Below are positions 27,801 to 37,884 of a stretch of 64,000 nucleotides of DNA, piece by piece; position 1 is the stretch's first letter, and every line of letters begins with the position of its first letter. Source of the DNA: Macrostomum lignano (taxonomy: Eukaryota). The translations under genes and the position numbers were made by a program. The notes under the pieces were generated by a model. It ran no database searches. It was not told the origin of the DNA and worked only from the letters and a program-made list of their open reading frames with translations. The stretch is taken from assembly GCA_002269645.1 (NCBI GenBank), contig NIVC01001626.1:62001-126000 (forward strand). Reading direction: 5' to 3'.

Positions 27801-29320
27801 ATGACTGAGCAGGGCCGCTACAGCAGCGGTGAGGTCGAACCTGAGACCGTCGGCGACGATCCGCCGCAGCAGCAGAGAAAGCAGGCAGCTGGAGGCGGCC
27901 TGAGGCAACGAATCCGCGACCTGCTGCTGAGGCGGAACCGCGACCGCAGGCGCAGGCAGCAGAAGGAGTGGCGGCCCGCTGACGACTCGGTGAAGCTGCT
28001 GGGCTTCTGCGGGTTGCTGCACCGGACGAAGCGCAGGGAGTCTGGAGCCGGCTGCATCAAGAAGCCGTCAGAGGTAGGTTGGAAGCCATTTTCCTGATTC
28101 GTCAACTTTTTGGCAACTTGCCAAGGCCAGCAAATTCATTAAAGCGATGCTCGCCCCTTGCTTCTAGGAGCAGGAGTTGGAAGATCGGCAGCAGAGTGAT
28201 TCGGCCACCAAGCCGGAGCTGTCATCGGAGCAGCCGGCGGCGTTGACAGCGCCAGCCCGACTGGAGAGTCCACCGCGGCCTCTGCTGGAGTTGGCAAAAA
28301 AAACACGGGAAGAGAAGACACCGGAAGAAAAGACACCGGAAGAGAAGACACCGGACAAGAAGACGCCGGAAGAGAAGACACCGGAAGAGAAGACACCGGA
28401 CAAGAAGACGCCGGAAGAGAAGACACGGGAAGAGAAGACACCGGAAGAGAAGACACCGGACAAGAAGACACTGGACGAGAAGACACTGAACGAGAAGAGG
28501 CCGGAAGAAAAGACACCGGACGAGAAGATACCGGACGAGAAGACACCGGACGAGAAGACAACGAAAGAAGAGACGCCCGAAAAGAAGACACCGGAAGCGA
28601 AAAAGAAGGCAACAGCGAAGAGCGGCTCCAAAAAGAAGACACCGAAGAAGAAGACAATTGAAAAGAAGACACCAGAAAATTCGATAACGGAAGAGAACAC
28701 CCCGGAAGACGCTGCAAGCATACCAGCCAAGCCAGAAGTAAGTGTAATACCCAAATGGAAACAGTTATTTACTTCTCAAGACTCAGGGCCCGCTAAATTC
28801 GAAGCTCAAAACCATTCTTAATGACGACAGCATTGAATTTCTCTGAATAAACTCTGGCACGCCAGAACTAAACAAAAACGATGACGTTTACCCGCGTCAG
28901 CCGCAGATGAACCTGGGCCCACACGCGGAGATGTGGTCCAGCATCATTAACAAGAGCTTCATCGGTACCGGAGCCTTCAAGCGAGCCGCGGTCTGCAGCC
29001 TGGAGTCTGGCGCCGTGCTGGCCTGCAACCCCGCTGACTTCACGCCCACCGTGCAGCAGGTGGCCGCCCTGCGCGAGAACTTCGACTGCCGCTCCGGCCT
29101 GTCCGCGGCCGGCTTCGGAGTGGCCGACACGGTGTACAGCCTGCTGGACGAGGCCGGCACCAAGGACATTCTGTGCGGCAGCGACGAATCGCGCGGCCAG
29201 ACGCTGCTGGTCTGCAAAACGAAGACGGCGCTGCTGGCGGCCGCGTGCCAGGGCGCCCCGGACCGCGCCGCCGACATGCTGGGCGACATGCGGCAGCACT
29301 TCATCTCGCAGGGGATGTGA
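27801..29320 (+). CDS. Profilin-domain protein B with a ~280-aa charged N-terminal extension containing EEKTP/DKKTP repeats; join(27801..28073,28168..28737,28907..29320), 418 aa
   Basis: Same exon structure and phases as gene A (GAG|GTAGGT, TTCTAG|GAG, GAA|GTAAGT, CCGCAG|ATG). Exon 1 is homologous to gene A (GGLRQRIR.LL, DD.VKL.G..GL..R.KR). AATAAA at about 29512. Confidence 0.85.
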
Positions 29321-29769
29321 GGGCTGTGCGGCAGATGTGGAAAAGAATAGATAAGACCATTCAACTTATTTTACGGTATTCGTTCGCATAAGTATCATTG
29401 CTGTTTTACTTCTCAGCTTTTATAAAGTAAAAGTAATGCGCTGTCTCATTTTATGAACGCATTAAAGATAATGTTGCTAATTTCAAAGGAGCTTTGCAAG
29501 GGCGCTGCTCAAATAAACGCATTCAACGTCAGGTGAGTCTACTTCAAAACTCATGACAAAGTATATTTGAAAATCCAGTGCGCACTTGGCCAAACTTTTC
29601 AAATTCCGGCATGCTTGTTTCGTACTTCCTTGACTCTGCTTTAATTAACCAAACAAGCAGAGATGTTAAACGAAAGGACATGTCTATGTTAAAATGCATC
29701 TGAGTGGGGTTTGAATAAAGCCGGGCAGAGCACATTATACAAAATCTCAACTGTCCCAATGCTGCTCAG

Positions 29770-32310
29770 ATGGGACTCATGAGGCCAATACCTGGCTCCG
29801 CTGTCTGCTGGCTGTTGGCTGCCTTGATATCCGGAGCAGCTGAAGCCGGGAGAACTTCCGTGGAACACCCTGGACTCTTCATCCTGCCCCTGTTTCGGCC
29901 GCCGAGTCCGCAGGAGAGGCGGGCGGTCCCGCATCCGGTAATCTGGAGCGCTCACGAAGCCGGCAGTCGCAGCCGGGCGATGCCAGCAGGCAGCCCAGCG
30001 GCCCTGGCCTGCCTACTCGATGGCCTCGGGACAAACGGCACGGCAGCGCTGGAGTCGCTCGAGTGGACGCTGGTGAGCGATGCCGGCCAGGTGACGCGGC
30101 ACAGCCTCCACGGCCAGGATGGAGACTTCCGGTTCCACCTGAGCGGGAAGCTGTTCACAGGCCGCTACAGCGCTCTATCAGGGTCCACTCTGATTGTCTC
30201 CTCCTTGCCTGCGCGGCTGCGAGTCGGCTGCCAGTACCGAGCTGCTGGCCTGAACGCCACCGTCAGGTCCGACTGGCTGCACCTGTGGGATGAGCGGGCG
30301 GAGGTCAAGAGATGGCGGAATGCCAACCTGCACTGCGATCGCACCGTCTACAAGACTCCGGACGGTCACGACCAGACTGCGCTCGCCGTTGCCTACAGCT
30401 GCCTCGGGCTCGGGGACACCCGGCTGCTAGAGACGGCAGTTGTCGCGATGTACGCAAAAGCCGGTAAAGCCGGAACCTGTTCGACCGAAGCCGCTTCTCG
30501 AGAGAGTAAGTTCAAGATTTTTTCGAACTCATCAGACTCGGGACCGAGCTTCTTTGGAGTCGCATTCGGGGGGCGCGTTCGATTCGGTTGGGCGCTGGGA
30601 GCGGGGGGCAGCGAGGCCAACGCGAGCGCTCAGTCAGGCCAGCTCGACCAGACGGAGACCTGCCTCTGCCTCATGCTGGATGCCACTCTGCCAAGCTCAC
30701 GGACTGTCCAGCTTCACTATTCTGTTCCCCAGGCAGCAGCCAGCGCCTCTGTGACCGTGCCGCCGCAGCAGCCGGTGCTCATTGTGCCAATCACTCACGG
30801 AGGCCTTCCCACGGAGGTGCAGCTGGACGAGCTGCTTGACCCGCTGCCTGAACGAACAGCGCCTTGTCCGCTCCTGTGCCTGCGGCCGGACGCTGCTGCT
30901 TGCTGGCACCGATGGGCGGGTCCGGGCCGGGCCGCCGCTCCCCGAAAACCCCCGGACTCGCAGCCGCTGTCGCTGCAGCTGCGTCACTCAGACAAGCAGG
31001 CGGCTGGTATTTGGACCTGCAGCGCCCAGTTTTACCCAGCTGCGTCTGTGTCGTACGCCGTCTCTTCAAAGCCGCGTCCTGCACTGCGCGACCCTCGACT
31101 GCCTCGCCGAACTGCGGTGCTGCAATCGCAGAGCGTCATCCTGAACTGCTCACTGCTCGGCCTGGCTCAGAACGCCAGCGCCGAGTTCGACATCTACGCT
31201 TCGATTGGTGCAGCAAACTTCAGTCTGCAGAAGTTTAAGCGCGCTTCGCCAGTCGGTGCCATCGAGCTCAGTGTTAACGTGTCAGCAATCTCGTCAGTCC
31301 CAACAGGCGCCATGCTTCTCCTGCGATGCCGGGGTGCGGAGCTCAGTGAGGGGCGCTCGATCGTTGACTATGCGACAGTGAACATTCTGCCCCAACCGGA
31401 GGTGAAGTCGCTGGATGCTTGTCCCGACTCTGGCGTGCCTTGCCAGGCGGACTGCCGGTCCCCTTTCGAGTCGCAGCTTCGCTCCCTCGGACTGTCCATC
31501 TCCTACTTGTTCTACATCTACAGCGAGTCCGGCCAGCTGGAGAGGACTTTTTCCAGCTCAGGCGTGCTGCCTGACGTCAGAAGCTCCGTGGCTGGAAGCA
31601 ATATTAAAGGCGTTTTAAAGCCGATTTGCCAGCAGTTTTTCCACCACATCAGCTCTCCACCAGGCCAAGCCTCAATTGGTTCAATCGGTGGCGCCTCAAA
31701 GCAGCTGGATGACTTGCTGAAGTTTAGTCCGGAACTTTGGGATCGGCCGCTATATGGGATGCCGCAGTCTGATGATTCGCAGGGGAACTCCAGGAAGAAT
31801 TCCACGGCTGAGAACAGGGCCGGCGTGTCTTCCATGATGTACGTCCTCATCAGCATCTTCGGGGTCGGCGGCCTGGCCATCTTCATGGCGGTCGGTATCG
31901 GCGTGAACGAGTGGAAGAAGGACGTTCGGAACGCCGACCCGACGCTGATCTCCGACGATCCCGCGCCGACCGACGGACAGAAGAGCGCCGTCACGGCCTC
32001 CTCCGGGGGCAAGCAGGCGGGCAGCAAGGTGGGACAAGGCAAGGCGCCACTCGGAGGGATGGGGGCCGCCCGTCAGGTGGATCAGAAAGCGGCTCAAGGA
32101 GGGATGGGGGCTGCTCGACAGGCGGATCAGAAAGTAGCTCAAGGAGGGATGGGGCCCGCTCAGCAGGCGTATCAGAAAGCGGCTCAAGGAGGGATGGGGC
32201 CCACTCAGCAGGCGTATCAGAAAGCGGCTCAAGGAGGGATGGGGCCCACTCAGCAGGCGGATCAGAATGCGGCTCCAGCGGCCAAGAACGCAACAGGTAA
32301 AACACCATAG
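29770..32310 (+). CDS. 846-aa type I single-pass membrane protein with diverged Ig-like ectodomain and 15-aa Gly/Gln/Ala cytoplasmic repeats
   Basis: 2.5-kb non-repetitive ORF. Signal peptide (CWLLAALISGAAEA), Ig-type strands (VGCQY, AAGIWTCSAQF, QSVILNCSL), several N-x-S/T sites, hydrophobic helix MYVLISIFGVGGLAIFMAVGIGV, then 5x GGMG.A.Q..QKAAQ. A possible donor (CAG|GTAAAA, ~32297) lies just before the stop. Confidence 0.8.
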   Translation: MGLMRPIPGSAVCWLLAALISGAAEAGRTSVEHPGLFILPLFRPPSPQERRAVPHPVIWSAHEAGSRSRAMPAGSPAALACLLDGLGTNGTAALESLEWTLVSDAGQVTRHSLHGQDGDFRFHLSGKLFTGRYSALSGSTLIVSSLPARLRVGCQYRAAGLNATVRSDWLHLWDERAEVKRWRNANLHCDRTVYKTPDGHDQTALAVAYSCLGLGDTRLLETAVVAMYAKAGKAGTCSTEAASRESKFKIFSNSSDSGPSFFGVAFGGRVRFGWALGAGGSEANASAQSGQLDQTETCLCLMLDATLPSSRTVQLHYSVPQAAASASVTVPPQQPVLIVPITHGGLPTEVQLDELLDPLPERTAPCPLLCLRPDAAACWHRWAGPGRAAAPRKPPDSQPLSLQLRHSDKQAAGIWTCSAQFYPAASVSYAVSSKPRPALRDPRLPRRTAVLQSQSVILNCSLLGLAQNASAEFDIYASIGAANFSLQKFKRASPVGAIELSVNVSAISSVPTGAMLLLRCRGAELSEGRSIVDYATVNILPQPEVKSLDACPDSGVPCQADCRSPFESQLRSLGLSISYLFYIYSESGQLERTFSSSGVLPDVRSSVAGSNIKGVLKPICQQFFHHISSPPGQASIGSIGGASKQLDDLLKFSPELWDRPLYGMPQSDDSQGNSRKNSTAENRAGVSSMMYVLISIFGVGGLAIFMAVGIGVNEWKKDVRNADPTLISDDPAPTDGQKSAVTASSGGKQAGSKVGQGKAPLGGMGAARQVDQKAAQGGMGAARQADQKVAQGGMGPAQQAYQKAAQGGMGPTQQAYQKAAQGGMGPTQQADQNAAPAAKNATGKTP

Positions 32311-32976
32311 TGGCCGCATGTTCTGGAATTCTGGCATCAGAGATGGCTTTAATTAAACTTGTATTCGAAGTAGAAACATTTGAGCATTCAACTACTCTAG
32401 GGGTGTTGGGTGATGGCTGGGCTCTTGTGGTGTCCTATTTTCACCTGTAAAATCTAAACTAACAGCTCTGCAACCAACCGCACTGATACGAGCGTACGCT
32501 TCTACCCTAAAATAACAAAACTTGTACGCGCACAGGTTGACGTGAAGTACGTTTAGTCAAACTGTGAAAACATGATCGGAAAATGTCATTTCTACCTGCT
32601 GTTTTTTGTCCGGAAACAAAATAAATTTTAACAGTACCTTGAGAACTATGCAAAAATATTTTTAGTTTATTTAATTTTTGAAACGCACAGGAATAAAAGA
32701 TGCGCTTGCTTTCTGTCTAAATATGAGTAGACCTCGCGTGGCTATTCCGGTCGCTTGAATAGGGTTTCCAAAATGTGTTAGTATATAGCTGTTAGAGTTA
32801 GACTAAACGTTTCTGGAATAAATTTTGAAATTTAGGAATCAAAAAAGTTTTACTACACAATAAGGCACAAAGTTCTCCGCACGAGATGAGACTTTTTGTG
32901 AGCACAGTGAAATCCGAGCCAAGTCAAGGATTACTAGAAGTGGTAACTTCTAGTGGTCCTTGAGCCAGGCAGCTAA

Positions 32977-33318
32977 TTAGCAACGGTGCCCGTACGATGG
33001 GTCGATCTTTCCGCAGCCGGAGCACTTGGTGTGGCTGCAGTTCGAGTCGATCCTGTGGCAGATGCGGCACTCGGTGTGGCTGCATCTCGAGTCGATCTTT
33101 CCACAGATGCGGCACTTGGTGTGCCGGCATTTCGAGTCGATGGCGCCGCAGACGCCGCACTTTGTGTGGTTGTGCCAGACAGGCGGGTCCAGCTGGCCGC
33201 AGATGCGGCACTTGTTGTGCTGCCGGTTGCAGTTCAGCCAGCCGCAGATCTGGCACGCGTGCCGACAGAATGTCGGAATTGCGGCTTGCCTCTGGCAGGT
33301 GTAGCACCAGTTCGACAT
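32977..33318 (-). CDS. 113-aa Cys/His-rich repeat protein (putative metal-binding), ATG at 33318
   Basis: Seven CxxC...(C/H)x(H/C)-type units, core period 15 aa (45 bp), with synonymous variation between units. A 66-bp 5'UTR intron is predicted (CAG|GTAAAC at 33386, AAGCAG| at 33321). Confidence 0.8.
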   Translation of the reverse strand: MSNWCYTCQRQAAIPTFCRHACQICGWLNCNRQHNKCRICGQLDPPVWHNHTKCGVCGAIDSKCRHTKCRICGKIDSRCSHTECRICHRIDSNCSHTKCSGCGKIDPSYGHRC

Positions 33319-33826
33319 GTCTGCTTTGGACAGTAAAGTGTTTAACTCAATTCTCAATTTTGTACGGTTGCTCTGCTTCAGTTTACCTGTCTGGACTAAA
33401 TAGCTAGTTTGCAGGGCGGGAGAGAATTATTTTATTCAAAACAATGGACGCAAAAGGACAGGGCTGGAGAGAGAAGTGGGATGGCGAGGGGTCTGTAACA
33501 GAGACGGCAATTGCCATCTCTAGCGTTGCCACGGCTTCGTCAAGCAACTGGAGCTTTGCCCACCAGCACAGGACTTGGCAGGGGAAGGGATTGCAGCCTT
33601 TGATCCTCTCCGATACGCCGGCCATCCCAGAAGGCATCAATCATTACAGGTGCTGCTGGCGATGAGGATAAACTCAGCAAATTCAATGAGGTGTGCAGTG
33701 CTTCAAGAGCCCCAATATATGTGTATGTTTGCCTTGCGTACAGTACGCACCGCCATGCACTTTACGAGTGCGGCCGTTCCCTTCACCAGCACACTGGTGG
33801 AGTGACGCTTTTTCACCGTTTGCAAT

Positions 33827-34784
33827 TGTAGTGAGCCGCTAGTTTAGTGTTTGGCGTCCCCCTTTGTCAGCAGTCTCCCTCGCCCTCGCCCAGGGTTGCT
33901 GTCTGCCGCTGGTCAGCTTCCCGCCCCTTTTTCCCGTTTGTTGCTGCCCTTGGCCTGTTCTGCCCTTCTGCGTCTCTGTTCTCAGCCCTCAGCTTCTCTG
34001 CTGTGGGCTGTCTCTGTTTCGTTTCCGTCCCGTTTTCCTCTGTCATGTGAGCAAGTCTCATGACAGATTCTGCGTTCTTCGAGTCCTAAAGTGCAGTAAA
34101 CATGTTTACTTCACTTTATCGGTCCTGTTTATCGGGAGAATCACGTGCTTTCGGACCCCTCCCTTCGCTAAGGAGAGGAGTGACTCATGTTGCTAAAAAT
34201 AGCAACTGAGTCACATCCGCGTGTACTCTGGCCGGAGACCTCAAGTGACGTCAGTTCTAAAAATAGAACGAGTCACGAGGTCTTGTGCACGGGAGATTCC
34301 CGGCTATAAATAGGACCCCTCTCCCCCTCGTTTCCGTCAAGGAGTCTGTTGTTCCTCGAGTTCTAAGTTCCTGAACTCCCGAGACTGAATGTCAGCCCGT
34401 CTGTGTGCGCTAAGTCCTCTTCTATTGGTCTGTCTGAGACCCTACTAAAGCAAACCCCAAGCCTACGAGAGGCTAACTCAGCCCTCCCTGTACCAACCAA
34501 GCCCGGCAGGTGCTGCTGACGAGACGCCTTGTACGTTGAACTGCAAATCTGCACCCGGTGCTGAGTTCGTTGACTTCGTTATTTCGTTCCGACGGGTAGC
34601 TCACCTTACCGAAGGCCGAGACCTGAAGGAACTGGTGGCAGCACTACCTACGCTACTGAGAGCTAAGAGAACTTCCCACTGAAGAGGCTCGAAACTTAAG
34701 GTAATCTTAAGTGCCTAAACCGGGAAGCAAACGGTGATCTACTTCACAATATAAATAAATGTCTATATGACTTTAGTCACTACA
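33827..34784 (+). mobile_element. Solo LTR-like sequence (958 bp), Ty3/gypsy- or BEL-type
   Basis: Perfect 8-bp terminal inverted repeat TGTAGTGA...TCACTACA, internal TATAAATA (34305) and AATAAA (34754). No matching TSD (GCAAT vs AGCTA), PBS or PPT seen. Confidence 0.62.
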
Positions 34785-35140
34785 AGCTAAGTATAGTTAT
34801 AACTTACTAATTATTCGAAATCTTAGCCAAATTCTGAGGTTTTCTCAAAGCTTTTCCGAACTGAGTGCTCCGCAGGCAGAAATTTCGTCAGTTGTTTTTG
34901 CTTTGAGGACGTCCTGTTTAAATAAATATGGGCTGGGCTCGGGCTGAGCCGTGTGTGGAGGGGGAGGGGGTGCTCACATACAATAGCCATTTGATGAACG
35001 CATGAAGTAAGAGTTTCTTGAGGCAGAAAGTTTTTTTCAAACTTGTACTCACAAAAACTGTGCAGAAGAAGCCAAGAGACCCAGAGACAGAACCCGGAGA
35101 AACGGCTCTTCTCCTAAGCACAAGTTTGAGCCCTCCGGAA

Positions 35141-35905
35141 AGCCTACAGTTGTCTGACAATGGGTTGGGAAAGAGTTGCTGCTCCAGCCAGCCTACAGTT
35201 GTCTGACAATGGGTTGGGAAAGAGTTGCTGCTCCAGCCAGCCTACAGTTGTCTGACAATGGGTTGGGAAAGAGTTGCTGCTCCAGCCAGCCTACAGTTGT
35301 CTGACAATGGGTTGGGAAAGAGTTGCTGCTCCAGCCAGCCTACAGTTGTCTGACAATGGGTTGGGAAAGAGTTGCTGCTCCAGCCAGCCTACAGTTGTCT
35401 GACAATGGGTTGGGAAAGAGTTGCTGCTCCAGCCAGCCTACAGTTGTCTGACAATGGGTTGGGAAAGAGTTGCTGCTCCAGCCAGCCTACAGTTGTCTGA
35501 CAATGGGTTGGGAAAGAGTTGCTGCTCCAGCCAGCCTACAGTTGTCTGACAATGGGTTGGGAAAGAGTTGCTGCTCCAGCCAGCCTACAGTTGTCTGACA
35601 ATGGGTTGGGAAAGAGTTGCTGCTCCAGCCTGCCTGTCTGACAATGGGTTGGGAAAGAGTTGCTGCTCCAGCCAGCCTACAGTTGTCTGACAATGGGTTG
35701 GGAAAGAGTTGCTGCTCCAGCCAGCCTACAGTTGTCTGACAATGGGTTGGGAAAGAGTTGCTGCTCCAGCCAGCCTACAGTTGTCTGACAATGGGTTGGG
35801 AAAGAGTTGCTATTCCAGCCAGCCTATAGTTGTCCGAGAATGGGTTGGGAAAGAGTTGCTACTCAAGCCAGCCTGTCTGACAATGTGTTGGGAAAGAGTT
35901 GCTAC
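35141..35905. repeat. 49-bp minisatellite, ~15 copies
   Basis: Unit AGCCTACAGTTGTCTGACAATGGGTTGGGAAAGAGTTGCTGCTCCAGCC. Confidence 0.97.
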
Positions 35906-36421
35906 TCCAGCCAGCTTCTTAAGATTAGCTTTCAGCCAAGCAAACCTGAATTCAAAACCACTAAAAAACGAGCCCACGAACGCAAGACCGAGTATGGCAG
36001 TTTGGAAAGGCCTTCGCAAGTATTGAATTTTAATCGTTTATTTTGATCATCGCGTGAACTGAGAATTACAAAGCTGCTAAACTGAAATAAGAGAGTGGCT
36101 TCATTGCTACTGGCATCTGTCATTAGGTATTGCTGGGAACTAGTTGGTTTTGGACAATGTAGCGAATTTGCTGCGGTGCATATACACGTATTAGTTTGAA
36201 TCACGAATTTTAGGGGTGAGTTTTTGTTCAGTCTTGTTTACCTGCAAAATTAAAGCTAGCAGGATCGCCATAGATACCTTACTATACGAGCGTACAGTGC
36301 GCTAAAAAGCGAGTTCAGGTCAACCTATTAACTAAAAATCAATCAGCTAGTTACATTTAACAGAGGCTTCTAAATTCCTTCCTACAAAATTTTCTGAGGA
36401 TCTGAGTTCTCAAGGCGACCT

Positions 36422-36886
36422 CTAGGCCGATGTTTCCTCGTCTTTTTCCAGCGGAGGTTTTTTAAAGTCGTTTTCATCACCTGCCACCTGCTCTTCTCTT
36501 GATGGACTTCTGGCAGCAGCGTCCTCGGCCGCAGCAGCTCGTTCTTCATCCGGCTTCTCCGGGCTTCTGGCAGCAGCGTCTTCAGCGGCAGCTCGTTCTT
36601 CATCCAGAATCCCTGGGCTCTTTTCTGCAGCGTTCTGAACATGAGCTTGGTCTTCCAGCAGCCTTCCATCAGCGTCGTCCCCTGCACTGGCGCGCTCTTC
36701 AGCCAGACCCGATTTACCTCCGGTGACAGAGTCTTCTGATCCCTTATGACTTCCGACTTTCACGGGATAATTCCCTCGATTTCTTGGAGCATCCATTGAA
36801 GAGATCGCGTCTTGCGTCTGAGCCGCGGAGGAATAGTACAGCTGGGTTAAAAGTACACCCAGAAACAGCGAGCTGTAGATCTTCAT
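36422..36886 (-). CDS. 154-aa secreted acidic, disordered protein
   Basis: From ATG 36886: signal peptide MKIYSSLFLGVLLTQLYYSSAA, then an E/D/A-rich region with an internal duplication (DEERAAA(A)EDAAARSP x2). No Cys. Confidence 0.7.
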   Translation of the reverse strand: MKIYSSLFLGVLLTQLYYSSAAQTQDAISSMDAPRNRGNYPVKVGSHKGSEDSVTGGKSGLAEERASAGDDADGRLLEDQAHVQNAAEKSPGILDEERAAAEDAAARSPEKPDEERAAAAEDAAARSPSREEQVAGDENDFKKPPLEKDEETSA

Positions 36887-37884
36887 CGCTTCAGCTTGAT
36901 TTCTTGGAAACAATTGCGTTCTGAATGAAGTCACCCGCTTGCTTACTCGCGACTGAAGCTGAAATAAACTCGTGCGCTCTCTGACCGACTGCTCGCCTTC
37001 GCTGTACAGACTCGAGTCTGCTCTGTCTATGGCCAGCATCGCGTTCGAGAAATTTCTGGCTAATGTTTTGTAAAGTACCGGTAGCTCGTACTTATGCGAA
37101 CGTACTTTTACTGGCCCATTTTTTGTGATTCTTCAATAGATCCACAGGACACAATGGAAGCCAGAGACAAGATTCTTCTGTAACGAAAGCTTCAAAACAA
37201 TTTTTCCTGTAAAAACTTGCGTCTAAAAGCTTATGCGTACTACTTACAGTAGCTGGAGAGCGCCATATTTATAGACAGCTCAGCTTTGTTGACTCAGAAC
37301 TTTCTTCCAGCATTACTGCTAAACATCTGTTCAGCCTAAAAGTACTCAAACCTAGGAGTGTTGGCGGCAGGTTACCCCTGCTAGAATAGCTTTGAGCTGC
37401 CAAGTCAAATGCAATGGAGAGCTTTAGAATCAAAGAGTCAAAAGCTGCCGAACAAACGCATCAAATTCGAGAGAGCCTGAAGTGTCGCAGCCTAAAAATT
37501 GTTGCTTTTAAAAAAATTAATGAACCCTATAAAGCAACAGAGAAGCTTGAGAAGCTACTGAGAATTTTTGTGGTATAAGAAAGCGTTAAAAGTGCGAGAC
37601 TTGAGCTATGCTTGATTACTTCAATAGGGGCAGCCCTTCGGCTCTAATACCGGTAGATGCTTTCAGTCGGAGGCAAATCCTTGTATAAATATTGATGGAG
37701 CAATGCTTGCTGCCATGATTGTATTCAGCTTCCCGGACCAAATATTGTTGAAATCCCTCTTAAAAAAGTCTCGGGCACTTTAAAAGAGCTACTTAGGGAG
37801 CTACTAACGGTAGTATGAACCGGCTTTAAGTTAAGTCATCAATCGCATATTGTTTTCTAACCCGATTTAGACCTTTACCAACCT

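Noticed and set aside
36422-36886. Neuropeptide precursor (ligand for the nearby GPCR)
   Set aside because: No repeated dibasic cleavage or amidation cassettes.
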